DNA of 64,000 nt from Eledone cirrhosa (taxonomy: Eukaryota): the NCBI GenBank assembly GCA_964016885.1, contig OZ024744.1, positions 35,650,001 through 35,714,000 of the forward strand, given 5' to 3'. Within the stretch, counting starts at the first letter, position 1. Each line of letters starts with the position of its first letter. Positions 36,930 through 49,693 of this stretch are shown here, in pieces. Position numbers and translations under genes: made by a program. Under the pieces are notes generated by a model that searched no databases, was not told the DNA's origin, and was given only the letters and a program-made list of their open reading frames with translations.

Positions 36930-38535
36930 TTGTAGAGGGAATAAGGCGCCTAGAATTCTGTGAAGCGAATGAACTAACTAATTGCAATACTAACTTTAAG
37001 GAACAGGCCAGCCACTTGATCACTTACCAATCAGGTGAACAGATAAACCAGATTGACATTTTAATTATTATAAAATGAGATAGACAAATGGTTATGAATG
37101 CTAAGCCCTTCTCTAGACAAGAATGCGCTATACAAAACCTTAGTTATTAGTGACATCAAAACAAGCACAAGATGGAACAGGAAATGCAGGAAAATCTGGA
37201 GATTTGGATTTCTCCATTCAATATAGGTTCAGAAAAGGTCTGCATGTCATATGACACAAGGGAGGAGGAGTTAGATACATATGATATAGAAGACAATTGG
37301 AAGTTCCTATGAGACAACCTACAGCAGGCTACTGATCAGCATTGTGTTTAGAGCAAAGCACCAGCCAGACAGAGAGGAACCTGGTGAGAGAACATCATAG
37401 TAGATAGAGCTGTTAAAGCCAAGAGATAGGCATGGAATGACTGGAAAAATAGTAGCAGCAAAGATCAGTGCCAGGTGGCTAAAAGAAAAGCTAGATGACA
37501 GGTATACATAACAAACGAAAAAGCTGAAAGCAGAAAGTTTGCCGATGTCCTGTGATTTGAGGTCTTCTGCATCACAAAGCAGTGTGTCAATGAGAACCAA
37601 TCTATTTAGCATCACTGACGTCCTTTACTTAGTGAAACAACTACAAGAAATGTACCTAGCTAAGAGATGGCCTTTGTGAGAGTACCATTATCTGTTATCT
37701 GGTGGTTCTTAAGGAAATGGGCATAAAAGAATGGCTTGTGAAAGTAGTGCAAACCATGTCCAGAGGATCTGTCAGTAAAGTGAGAGCAGGAAGTAAGTTT
37801 AGTAAATAATTCAATGTTCATCAGGGATAAGTTCTCAGCCCACTCCTGTTTATTATAGTTCTTCAGGTTGAAACAGAAGAGTTTAAGACTGGATGTCCAT
37901 GGGAACTTCAGTATGCTGATGACTGGGTTCTCATAACTGAATCTGTTGAAAAACTTAACAAGAAATTCTGACTTTTGAAACAGACCTTACAATCAAAAGG
38001 GTTTAGAGTAAACTTGGGAAAAACAAAAGTTTCAGTAAGTAGGAAAGAAGACAGGACTCTAATCCTATCAGAGAAATGACCCTATGGGGAAAAGGTGTAG
38101 GCAGAAACTCTATAAGATATACACAATGTAAATCTTGTAATGGGATAGCAGGCAGAATAACAGGAAAAGAATATATAACAGGAAAAGTATATATTAGATG
38201 TATAGGGATAGTTAGTAGTAAGAGTATCAATGAAATAATTTTTTTCAATCTCATGAAGGGTCTGTAGGAGTAGTTGATACCTTCTGCTATCGAGGTGATC
38301 TAATTAGCAGTGGAGGAGGTTGCTCTGAGAGTATAATAGCTAGAATAAAAACAGGATGGAAAAAATTCAGGAAGTTACTACCTCTGTTGACAGCAAAAGA
38401 TTTCTCTTTACTGTCATTAGACTGACTGTATGATACCAGTGTGCATTGCATGGTAGTAAGATATGGGTAATGAATTCGGAGGATATGTGAAGGCTGGAGA
38501 GAAAGGAAGTAAGAATGCTTCAATGGATATGCTAC
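36930..38535 (+). mobile_element. Heavily decayed RTE LINE (endonuclease C-terminus to RT)
   Basis: LEFCEANEL..CNTNFK...HLITYQSG...QID, EEFKTGCPWEL.YADD and GGGCSESIIARIKTGWKKFR remnants. Confidence 0.8.
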
Positions 38536-38539
38536 ATTA

Positions 38540-38900
38540 ATCATCATCATCGTCATCATCATTTTAAGTCCGCTTTTCCTTGCTTGCAAAGGTGGGACAG
38601 GTCCTTTACAGCATCTCTCCATTTGTCACGGTCCTTCGTCATTTCCTCTGTGAGCTTCAGTGATCTGAGGTCAGCTCTCACCACCTCCGCCCATGATTTT
38701 TGTGGCCTTCCTCTACTGCATCTTCCACAGGGATTTCTTGGCACTTCTTTACCCAGCAGTCATCCTCCATGCGCATCACATGTGCATACCAACACAGTCT
38801 TCTCTCCCGCACACTACAGTTTAACCCTCTTATACACAGTTTCTCTCTCAACACGTCTATACTTGGTCTTTCATGCACATTGACATTGCACACCCATGCA
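38540..38900 (-). mobile_element. RTE family C 3' end
   Basis: Reverse complement similar to 40670-41025 (ERRLCWYAHVMRMEDD...DLRSLKLTEEMTKDRDKWRDA) with a (CAT)n tail. Confidence 0.85.
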
Positions 38901-39136
38901 GCATCACGCATCTCACACAGGTATCATATAACCGACCTTTCGTGCACGACTAATTGTTTTTGATCTATAATAAATCCAATGTTTTCACATTCTTTTATTC
39001 TTTTACTGGTTTCAGTCATTAGACTGCAGCATGCTGGGGCACTACTTTAATTTAATCAATCATATGAAACCCCAGTACATATTCTTCCAAATCTGGTACT
39101 CATTTTATCGATCTTAATTTTGTTAAACTGCACTTA

Positions 39137-41025
39137 GCATGCAGGGAGGCTGAGAGTAGGAGGTTTACCAATGTTCTGCGACGGGGGGATCAGAGACGTG
39201 TGGTGTTCCACATTGCAAGGCAGTGTGTCAGTGCAAATCAGCATGTTGTTGGAGATAAATGTGTCCACAATGATGCCAGTGTACTTAGTGTCACGAATGA
39301 TCAAAAGAAGGAGGCCTGGAAATGTCATTATGAGAGGCTGATGAATGTAGAGAACGAATGGGAGAGAGAGAAATTACCCCCAGTAGACCCAACAGAGGGA
39401 CCAGCTATTGTGATTGACGAATATAGGGTACAAGAAGCAATTAAGGAAATGAAGAATGGTAAGGCTGCTGGACAGTCGGGGATAGTTGCTGAGATGCTGA
39501 AGGCATCAGGAGAAGTAGGCACTAAACTGGTTGCATCATCAATCAAGTTATGTATGGTGGTGTCATACCGAAAGATTGGTGCAGCAGTATTCTCATAAAT
39601 TGCTACAAAGGTAAAGGGGATGCTCTGGAGAGGAGCAATTATAGGGGCACAAAACTGATGGATAAGGTTATGAAAGTGGCAGAGAGAATATTAGTGCAAC
39701 TGATTAGAGAAAGGGTCAAGCTAGATGAGATGCAGTTTGGTTTAAGAGAGGTTCTTAGAGAATAATAAGCCACTATACTTAGCTTTTGTTGACCTAGAGA
39801 AGGCCTTTCATAGGGTACTCCGATCTGTCATCTGGTGGTCCCTATGGATACTAGGTGTAGACGAATGGCTTGTGAGGACAGTGCAAACTATGTACAGGGG
39901 TGCTGTCAGTAAAGTGAGAGTAGGAATGGAGTTTAGTGAGGAATTCCAGATACAAGTAGGAGTACATCAGGGTTCAGTCCTTAGCCCGCTCGTGTTCATT
40001 ATAGTCCTCCAAGCCATAACAGAGGAGTTTAAGACTGGATGCCCATGGGAACTTCTCTATGCTGATGATCTGGTTCTTATAGCAGAATCAGTAGAGGAGC
40101 TAGATAATATATTCTGGCTATGAAAACAACAGTTGGAATCAAGAGGACTGAGTGTGAACCTAGCTAAGACGAAAGTGTTGATGAGTAGAAAAGAGGACAA
40201 AACTCTGATTCCATCAGGGAAATGGCCATGTTCGATATGTAGGAAAGGAACTGGCATAAATTCTATAAAATGTACGCAATGCAGATGTTGGGTACACAAG
40301 AGATGTAGTGGGATAGCAGGCAAACTGACAGGTAGGTAGAAATACATATGCAGTATATGTACAGGGAAAGTTGGCAGTAGTAATCGCAGTGATAGACACA
40401 TTTTTCCAATACAAGTGGGTTCTATAGAAGTGGTTGATAGCTTCTGGTACCTAAATGATCAGATTAGCATGGGAGGGGGGGGGGGGGAATAAATTTAGGG
40501 AGCTGCTTCCTCTGTTGACAAAGAAGGGTTTATCCCTGCGTATGAAAGGACGGTTATATGATGCCTGTGTGAGAGGCATGATGCTGCATGGTAGTGAAAC
40601 ATGGGCAGCAACTGCAGAGGATATGCGATGGCTGGAGAGAAATGAAACAAGTATGCTCCGTCGGATGATCAATACCAATGTGCGTAAATGACCAAGCATA
40701 GAGGAGTTGAGAAAGAAACTGGGTATAAGACGGATAAGTTATGGTGTGCAGGAGAGAAGACTGAGATGGTATGGACATGTGATGCGCATGGAGGATGACC
40801 GCTGGGTAAAGAAGTGCAAAGAAATCCTAGTAGAAGGAAGACGCAGTAGAGGTAGACCGCGAAAAACATGGGTGGAGGTGGTGAGAGCAGACATCAGATC
40901 GCTGAAACTCACCGAGGAGATGACGATGGACCGTGACAAGTGGAGAGATGCTGAATAGGACCCGTTCAACCCTTGCAAGCAGGGAAAAGCGAACATAAAA
41001 TGATGATGATGATGATGATGATGAT
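39137..41025 (+). mobile_element. 5'-truncated RTE family C LINE, decayed
   Basis: KAAGQSGIVAEML, NYRGTKL, GVHQGSVLSP, LLYADDL, WPCSICRKG, ERRLRWYGHVMRM and a (GAT)n tail. Confidence 0.92.
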
Positions 41026-41642
41026 GCTAAGTTATGGGACATAAACATAATTTTGAACATACAAACTCACACACGCACACACACAACACCCCCTCCACAC
41101 GCACTGTAAATATAGTTGGCATTAGAAAGAGCATCCAGTGCAGAAACCAAGCCAGAAGAAGTTCTGTATGAACGTGGGTTTCGCACTTAGAAAGCTCCCC
41201 TCTGTGGTATAAGAGTGGGCAAGGTAATATTGTGGAAGACCAGCAGTTGCCTTCATATACCAGTCTCCCTTCTCCATGCTACCAATGTTGTTCACGAGAA
41301 AGGCAAAAGTCAATATGGCTTGGCTCCAGTGACATTGCAACTCATTCTACAACTGTGTAAACTTGATCAAGGATACAATGCACTGCCTGGTCCGGGAATT
41401 GAACACACAATCTTAGGATTGTTTTATATATACATTTGTAATAATAAATACAATTACCAAAACCCCAGAGGATTTGATAAGGGTTGTATACATATATATA
41501 TATATATAACTTAATATAAACCCGAAGAGCAAATATTTATTATTAGCACAGATTAAAAGTTTAAGCAAACAATTTCTGCTTTCACTCTAAAGCAGGATCT
41601 TTGATAATATTAATATTATTATTACTTCTTTCATATCTTCAG

Positions 41643-41768
41643 GTGAATCTCAAGTATACACACTGGGGAAGATTGGTAAACATGTTGTAGTTTCGACAAA
41701 GCTCTCAAAAGGTGTGGCACCACAGAAGGCAATGATTTCAGCTGAGAACACCATCACAAGACTTTTAG
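41643..41768 (+). CDS. Internal exon of a PNP_UDP_1 nucleoside phosphorylase/nucleosidase-like gene
   Basis: tcatatcttcAG acceptor and G|GTAAGT donor; 126 nt, phase 1-1. Encodes (G)ESQVYTLGKIGKHVVVSTKLSKGVAPQKAMISAENTITRLL(G), the Y.LG.IG.H.VV strand typical of this fold, and joins in frame to the 52763 exon. Confidence 0.88.
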
Positions 41769-42443
41769 GTAAGTATTGAATTGTGACTTTCCTCCTCCCC
41801 CTTCTTCTACTAAACACACACATATATATATTGTGTGCCAAAATATATATACATATATATATGCTTCAAAATCAATAGACGTGTCCGAGGAACCTGCGAG
41901 ACTAGAGTCAGGTTGATCCACACACAGATCGCACCTCGAGCTGTTCGCTGGGGAAACAATTGTAACACACAATAAATTAAGTTCAGATGCACCACTGATT
42001 TTTCCTTTTCCATTCTATATATATATATATGTGGTGGCTGCCAACTCGTTTTCGAGTATGGCCAATACTTTATATCCATGTAGGAGAACCCCTACTGATG
42101 CGCTGAACAAGTGTGACTTCTTAGTCCAGCCAGCGACTTGAAAACTCTGGTACAAACACTACACTTGTGACAATTATTGACACATAGTGCTGGGCCCAAG
42201 GTACCATGTGACGACAAGTGCAGAGAGATCTCCAGATATAAGGCAATGCCTGTGCCATGAAGCTTTTATAGTGAGCAAAGGAACTGCACAAAGCCAGTCC
42301 CACTCTCTTAACCAAGATGATATTTACCAAAAAGAAGAACAAGTCAACATCATTGGATACCATCAGGGTTGCAGGTGTTATATCAGAGTTTTCCTTCTCC
42401 TAGAATTCTGCCTTGACAAAGGTTAAGGGGTCATCTCTCCCTT

Positions 42444-42521
42444 ATCAGGCAGTTAGTCAGTTCTTAGATATACCAGCTCTGTGTTTATAGTGTTGATGGT
42501 ATCAGAGCCTTGGGACATATG

Positions 42522-42558
<37 letters not shown>

Positions 42559-42679
42559 ACACACATATACGTGTATAAATAAATATATATATATATTTAT
42601 ACATATCTCCCAAGGCTCTGATACCATCAACACTATAAACACAGAGCTGGCATATTTAAGAACTGACTAACTGCCTGAT
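42444..42679. repeat. 72-bp inverted repeat around a TA-rich spacer
   Basis: 42444-42515 is the reverse complement of 42608-42679 with about 2 mismatches. Confidence 0.9.
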
Positions 42680-42724
42680 GAAGTAATAGCCATTCAATGG
42701 CTATCATCGAAATATATATAGCAG

Positions 42725-42725
<1 letters not shown>
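42670..42725 (+). ncRNA. Type I minimal hammerhead ribozyme
   Basis: Stem I ACUGC/GCAGU; CUGAUGA; stem II AUAGCCA-UUCAA-UGGCUAU with an imperfect base; GAAA; palindromic AUAUAUAU stem III; AUA cleavage triplet. Confidence 0.75.
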
Positions 42726-42812
<87 letters not shown>

Positions 42813-42872
42813 TTAGCCGTCGAAACGGCTTGAGCTCAGCTGTCGGGGTCTTACTGGTTCCTATATATATAT

Positions 42873-43204
42873 AGGCACATGGCTTAGTGGTTAGAGCATT
42901 GGCCTTGCAATCGAAAGGTTGTGAGTTCAATTCTCAGACCGGGTGATGTGTTGTTTCCTTGAGCAAGACACTTTATTTCACATTGCTCCTGTTTACTCAG
43001 CTGTAGAAATGAGATGATAGGGACTGGGGTCCCAATCATTCCACTGCAAAGTGGTCGTGGAGGTGCCACGGCAAAAAAAGCACCCAGCACTCACTGTAAA
43101 TGAGGTTGGTGTTAGGAAGGGCATCCAACTGTAGAAATCAAGCCAGCATCAGTTCCCGTCCCACCCTTGCAAGCAGGGAAAAAGTGGACGTAAAATGAAA
43201 ATGA

Positions 43205-43208
<4 letters not shown>
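42873..43208 (+). mobile_element. SINE family B, full length
   Basis: Same head, core and tail as 27895-28226; embedded in (TA)n. Confidence 0.88.
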
Positions 43209-43239
<31 letters not shown>

Positions 43240-43339
43240 AACAAAAGATGGTTAAAAGAGTTCCATGTATTTTATTATGCGCATTTCAAAAACAAATATC
43301 ATCATGCAATAATATTTGTGTTTTCATCAGATAAAACAT

Positions 43340-43368
43340 ATATATATTTACATATATATATATATTTA

Positions 43369-43431
<63 letters not shown>

Positions 43432-43597
43432 ATATATATAGATATATATATATATGTATATATATATATGTATATATATATATGTATATATATATGTATC
43501 TATATATATATATACACATATATATATATATATGTATATATATATATGTATATATATATATGTATATATATATGTATCTATATATATATATACACAC

Positions 43598-43628
<31 letters not shown>
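43340..43628. repeat. Interrupted (TA)n microsatellite
   Basis: Directly visible. Confidence 0.95.
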
Positions 43629-43812
43629 ATTGTTTCTACTTTTGGCACAAGGCCAGCAATTACCCAGTGCATTACTGGTACTTTATTTTATCGACCCCGT
43701 AAGGATGAAAGGCAAAGTCAACCTCGGCGGGATTTGAACTCAGATCGTAAAGGGACGTAACTATGCTGGAAAGCATGGCGTCCGACCCTCTACCGATGCT
43801 GCCAATCCACCC
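43628..43812 (-). mobile_element. SINE family A, young copy
   Basis: Clean reverse complement of the consensus. Confidence 0.88.
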
Positions 43813-43827
43813 CCTAGATATATATAT

Positions 43828-44295
43828 AATACAGCACAATAATATAATAATAATAGCGTCATAAGATCTAGATACCTTCGAAAAATTTGTATTATTTCGG
43901 CTATTTGCCACGGGGTATTCTATTCTATCGGTTAGTTAGCCTGTTAGCCTTGACGGCGACCCCCCCTCTCTATCTCTCTCTATGATGGCTACCCTATCTC
44001 TATCTCTATCTATCTCTAAGCCACCCATTACCTCCCGTTCCCCTTTTGCCCATTCCACCTCACTCATCTTGAAGCTATTGAAGAGATAAGACTCTCTATC
44101 CTATCGGGCTAAAATGAATCACTAGAGTTGATTTGGATTCGTTCCAGCCATCCATCCATACAAATTTTTCGAAGGTATCTAGATCTTATGACGCTATTAT
44201 TATTATTAATATTATTGTGCTGTATTATTTCGCCTATTTGCCACGCAGTATTCTATTCTATCGGTTAGTTAGCCTGTTAGCCTTGACGGCGACCC
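43828..44295 (+). mobile_element. Non-coding element with a permuted direct repeat and an inverted 5' duplication (pseudo-LTR-like)
   Basis: Direct repeat 43888-43962 / 44221-44295 (offset 333). 43828-43891 is the reverse complement of 44159-44227. Confidence 0.65.
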
Positions 44296-44376
44296 TCAGT
44301 GCCTACCTCACAATTTCCCTCCCACCCCCATAGCCTATTCGACCAATCAAACCTCAGCATGGCATTTCTTCTGCTG

Positions 44377-44407
<31 letters not shown>

Positions 44408-44499
44408 CTAACTAACTCTCTCCTCCTCTGTCGCAGCCCAACACACCCTGCCATTATCCCACCACCACTGTTCTTCTAGCTCTCAATTTTCCCACGTTA

Positions 44500-47400
44500 T
44501 GGATGGATGAGCTGAGAATAAATTTGAGCAACTCTGAATCAATAGATGAAATATGAATCTGCGAGCTACTAAGCACCCATGTGAAACGCCAATCCAGAGA
44601 CCCTTCCCTACGAGTGTTGACAAATGCCCAAAACTCCGAGTTGGTACCATCAATGTAAGCACAATGAAAGGAAGAGCAGGAGAAATCGTAGAGATGCTAG
44701 AGTGAAAGGAAATTGATGTATGCTGTGTACAAGAGACTAGATGGAGAGGAGAGTCTGCCAGAGTCTTTGTAGGAAAAAGTCGGTGCTACAAATTTTACTG
44801 GGTGGGAAATGACGACGGGATGGGTGGTGTAGGTATACTACTAGCTGACAAGTGGGTAGATAAAGTAATCTCAGTGTACAGGGTAAATGCGAGAATCATT
44901 AAACTCAGACTAGTTGTGAATAAAACAATTACCACAATAATATCAGCTTACGCACCCCAATCGGGGCTGCCAGACGAAATTAAGAATAGGTTTTACGAGT
45001 CCCTAATGCACACTACTGCTCTAACAGACGACAATGACTTCCTAATCATCGCAGGAGATTTTAACGAACACGTAGGTAAACACTGCGACGGCTTCAATAG
45101 AGTATATGGAGGCCATGGGGTTGGCACAAGAAATGAGGAAGGATTCAGACTTCTAAAATTCTGCGACGTCAATGACATGTCGATATGTAACACAAACTTC
45201 AAAAAACCCGACAACCACCTGATCACCTATAGATCAGGGGAGCACTCCAGTCAGATAGATTTTATCCTCATCAGAGGACGTGACAGATGGACGGTCGTAA
45301 ACACAAAAGCCTTCCCTAGTGAGGAATGTATATCCCAACATAGCTTAGTTGTCAGCAACCTCACAGTCAGAACTAGACGAACCTGGAAACAGAGGCCAAC
45401 CTGGAGAAGAAAGATCTGGAAACTGAAAGTTCCCTCAACCAGTAACAGATTTAAAGATATTTTACTCAACGCCTATGACAGTAAAGAAGAACAGATAGAG
45501 ACATTCAATGTAGAAGAGAACTGGGAGTTCCTAAAAAATAATTTACTAGAGGCGACGGATGAGGTCTGTGGCTGGAGTAAGACCTCAAGCAGGAGGAGAG
45601 TGACTTGGTGGTGGAACAATAAGGTAGATGAAGCAGTTAAGGCCAAGAGACAGGCATGGAAAGAATGGAAGAACGGGGGGAGCAGGGTACATTATATAGA
45701 GACCAAGAGGGAAGCTAGGCGACAAGTATACTTAGCTAGGAGGGAAGCAGAGGATAGAAAATTCAAGCATGTTTTGCAACGTGAGGACCAGAAACAGGAG
45801 GTGTTCAAGATTGTGAGGCAGTGTGTCAGAGATAGTTGTGATGTCATTGGAGAGAAGTGTATCCGGAATGATAAAGGTGAGCTTCCCCTCACAAGTGCTG
45901 AGAAGAAAGATGAATGGAAGAGTCATTATGATAGATTACTAAATGAGGAGAATGCATGGAAAGAAGAGACCCTACCCCAAGTAGACCCTATAGAGGGGCC
46001 AGCAGCAACGTAGTAAGTAAAGCAATCAAAGATATGAAGATGGGGAAGGCAACCGGTCCATCGGGTATAGCTGCCGAGATGCTGAAGGCATCTGGGTCTG
46101 TAGGTCACACTATAACCACACGTATTGTTAACCAGGTAATACTAGAAGGTGTCATACCAAAAGATTGGTGCAGTAGCATCATTGTCAACTGCTACAAAGG
46201 TAAAGGCGATGCACTAGATAGAGGAAACTATAGAGGTATAAAGTTGATGGACCAGGTCATGAAAATAACAGAAAGGGTTATAGCACAGTTGATTAGGGAC
46301 CGGGTGAAAATAGACGAGATGCAATTTGGGTTTTGTACCAGGAAGAGGCACCACTGATGCTCTCTTCCTTGTGAGGCATACAGGAAAAGTACCTAGCTAA
46401 AAGTAAGCCACTCTACTTGGCATTTGTCGACCTTGAGAAAGCCTTTGACAGAGTTCCACGTGCTGTAATCTAGTGGGCTCTTAGAAAACTAGGAGTAGAT
46501 AAATGGCTTGTGAAAGCGGTACAAGCCATGTATAGGGGAGCAGTCAGCAAAGTTAGGATTAGCAATGAGTATAGCGAGGAATTTAGCGTACAGGTTGGGG
46601 TCCACCAGGGCTCTGTTCTTAGCCCCCTCCTGTTCATCATAGTCCTGCAGGCAATAACGGAGGAGTTTAAGACCGGATGCCCATGGGAACTTCTGTATGC
46701 AGATGACCTTGCACTTATAGCTGAATCTATGGTAGAACTAGAGAATAAATTCCAAACTTAGAAGCAGGGACTAGAAAGAAAGGGTCTCAAAGTCAACATG
46801 ACAAAGACTAAGGTCCTTGTAAGCAGACGAGAAAACAGAACCCAGATCCCCTCAGGGAAATGGCCTTGCTCAGTATGTAGGAAAGGTGTAGGTAGGAACT
46901 CCATTCTCTGCCCCAAATGCAAACAATGGGTACACAAGAGATGTAGAGGATCTCAGGAAGCTTAATTAAGAATGTAGGCTTCACATGCAGCAGCTGTGCT
47001 GGGACAGCAAGCAGCAAACAGCCACAGGAAACAAGCACCACCAATCTCTGGGAGGGTTCTGTAGAAACAGTAGACAGCGGAGGTGGGTATTCAGAAAGTA
47101 CAATAACTAGGGTATGAACGGGATGGAAGAAGTTTAGGGAACTACTACCACTACTAGCTGCAAAAGGCTTCTCCCTCAGAATGAAAGGCAGACTGTATGA
47201 TGCATGTATCCGAACAGCAATGTTGCATGGTAGTGAGACCTGGGCTCTGAAGGTGGAAGACTTATGTAGATTAGAGAGAAACGAAGCCTGCATGCTCCGA
47301 TGGATGTGTAACAGTAATATACGTGAACGACAAAGCATAAATGAATTGAGAGAGAGACTGAGCATAAGAGGAATCAAATGCTGTGTGCAGGAGAGGCGGT

Positions 47401-47935
47401 TGCGCTGGTATGGACATGTGATGCGTATGAAGGATGACAGCTGCATAAAAAGGTGCAGAGCACTAGAAGTCGATGGAAACCGCGGAGTGGGGAGACCCAA
47501 GATGACCTGGGATGAGGTGATAAAAGCCGACCTTACCCAATTACACCTCTCAAAGGCGATAACATATGACCGTGATCACTGGCGTCACGCAGTAATACAG
47601 AGTACCCGACCTCCCATGGGTACAAGCTGAAGCATATAGACAATATGCCCCCACACCCCCCACCGCAAGGTGGTCGTGGAGGTGCCACGGCAAAAAAGCA
47701 CCCAGCCCACACTGTAAAGTGGACGTGTAGGCGCCACGAAAAAGCACCCAGCACTCACTGTAAATGAGGTTGGTGTTAGGAAGGGCATCCAGCTGTAGAA
47801 ATCAAGCCAAATCAGTTCCTGTATGAACAAGGCATGGTAGCCGACCAGACACTGCCCACAACAGGACAACCCGTCTAACCCATGCTAGCGTGGAAGAACG
47901 GACGTAAAACGGTGATGATGATGATGATGATGATG
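44500..47935 (+). mobile_element. Near full-length RTE LINE family A (APE endonuclease plus RT), inactivated
   Basis: LRVGTINVSTM...CVQETRW, GVGILL, ISAYAPQ, AGDFN, SQIDFIL, NYRGIKL, GVHQGSVLSPLLF, LLYADDL, RRLRWYGHV and a (GAT)n tail. Several stops, frameshifts and deletions. Confidence 0.95.
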
Positions 47936-47986
<51 letters not shown>

Positions 47987-48017
47987 TATTTATACACATA
48001 TTTATATATATATATAT

Positions 48018-48590
48018 ATGACGACAGCTGTATAAAAAAGTGCAGGGCAATAAAAATAGACGGTAGCCACGGAGTAGGCAGATACAGAAAAACCTGGGAC
48101 AGCTTGATAAATTCCGACCTCGCACACTTACATCTCTCCAAGACAATGTTACTGGACTGAGATCTTTGGCGCTACACAGTAATACAGAAGACCCGCCTTA
48201 CCTAAGTACAAAGTGAAACCTATTACAGTCAGTAGGCACCTCTAACAAAAATACACCCCCTTCCCACTACCCCCAACCCATCCACACCACCCCTTTCAAT
48301 GTAAAGTTATGTTGGTACCACAACATCCAGTCCGAAACAAATGAGGTCGTGTGGGTGTCACCACAAAAAAAACACACAGTCCATGCTGTAATGTGGCCGT
48401 GTAGGTAACACGGTAAAAATCTCCCAGTCCACACTGTAAACGTGGTTGGTGTTAGGAAGGGCATCCAGCCGTAGAAAACCCGCCAGACAGTCCTATGCGA
48501 GCAAGACAACCACTCTTGCCTTAAGTGGGAAAACTCCCGTCCAAACCCATGCAATTGTGGAAGATGGACGTTAAACGATGATGATGATGA
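48018..48590 (+). mobile_element. RTE family B 3' end
   Basis: Matches 26408-27134 but lacks one ~150-bp UTR block. Confidence 0.88.
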
Positions 48591-48628
48591 TATATATATA
48601 TTTATACACATATTTATATATATATATG

Positions 48629-48898
48629 CAGACCGGGTGATGTGTTGTTTCCTTGAGCAAGACACTTTATTTAACATTGCTCCAGTGTACTCAGCTGTAG
48701 AAATGAGATGGTAGGGACTGGGGTCCATATTATTCCACTGCAAAGTGGTCGAGGAGGTGCCACGGCAAAAAAGCACCCAGTACTCACTGTAAATGAGGTT
48801 GGCGTTAGGAAGGGCATCCAGCTGTAGAAATCAAGCCAGAATCAGTTCCCGTCCCACCCCTTGCAAGCAGGGAAAAGCGGACGTGAAATGATGATGAT
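48629..48898 (+). mobile_element. SINE family B, 5'-truncated
   Basis: Begins at cagaccgggtgatgtgttg and ends with the family B tail. Confidence 0.85.
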
Positions 48899-49693
48899 AT
48901 ATATATATATGACAAGTAAGTATGTTTTGAAACATCGAGTGAGTTTGAAATTAGAAATAGAAGCTTTCGCCATATATTTTGATTACAGAAATTTTAGTCT
49001 GATAGTGGGGTTTAGAACCTTCTAAGAAATGGAAAAAGATGAGTATTGATGTATATGTATGTCAATACTCATCTTATATATATATATGTTAGTTCTATCT
49101 TTGTTGTTATTTATTAATGTTGGATACTTTATAATCTCATATCTCTGTCAAACCTAAGTGGTACCATTTTGAAGTCTTATTGTATGAGGTAGGACTACAA
49201 TCTTTGCCATTCTTTTTTTATTGCTATGTATCGTGAGTATTCTTTCCTTTTAAAAGGTCACATTGTTATATTCACTTTTATTCTTTTTGAGAGCTTGCCA
49301 AACAAAGGTTTGGGAGAACCCTTCAATCATGTCATATTACCCCCTCCCTAGTGTTGGTGATCTGCATGAGAAACATACTGTAAAGTGGTTGGTGATAGGA
49401 AGAGCATCCAACCACAGAAAGCTTGCCAAACAAAGGGATATAATACTGTTGACGACGATGATGATGTTTTGTAATTATAATATCATATTTTTTGTTGCTT
49501 TTATGATCCTATTTATGGTAATTCTATGGTCTGGTCACTTTTTCTTATAATATGTTTATCAGCTGGACACTGATAATATACAACACTTCACTAGCCCTGA
49601 AAATCAGTTATACTTTCTTAAATTAATTTCTGTCTGAAAATAGTTCACCTTCAATAGTTTTCTTTTTTTTAAATGATTGTAATATTAAGAAAT

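Noticed and set aside
36083-37023. Poly-His, poly-Met and poly-Asp ORFs
   Set aside because: Translations of the (CAT/CAC)n microsatellite.
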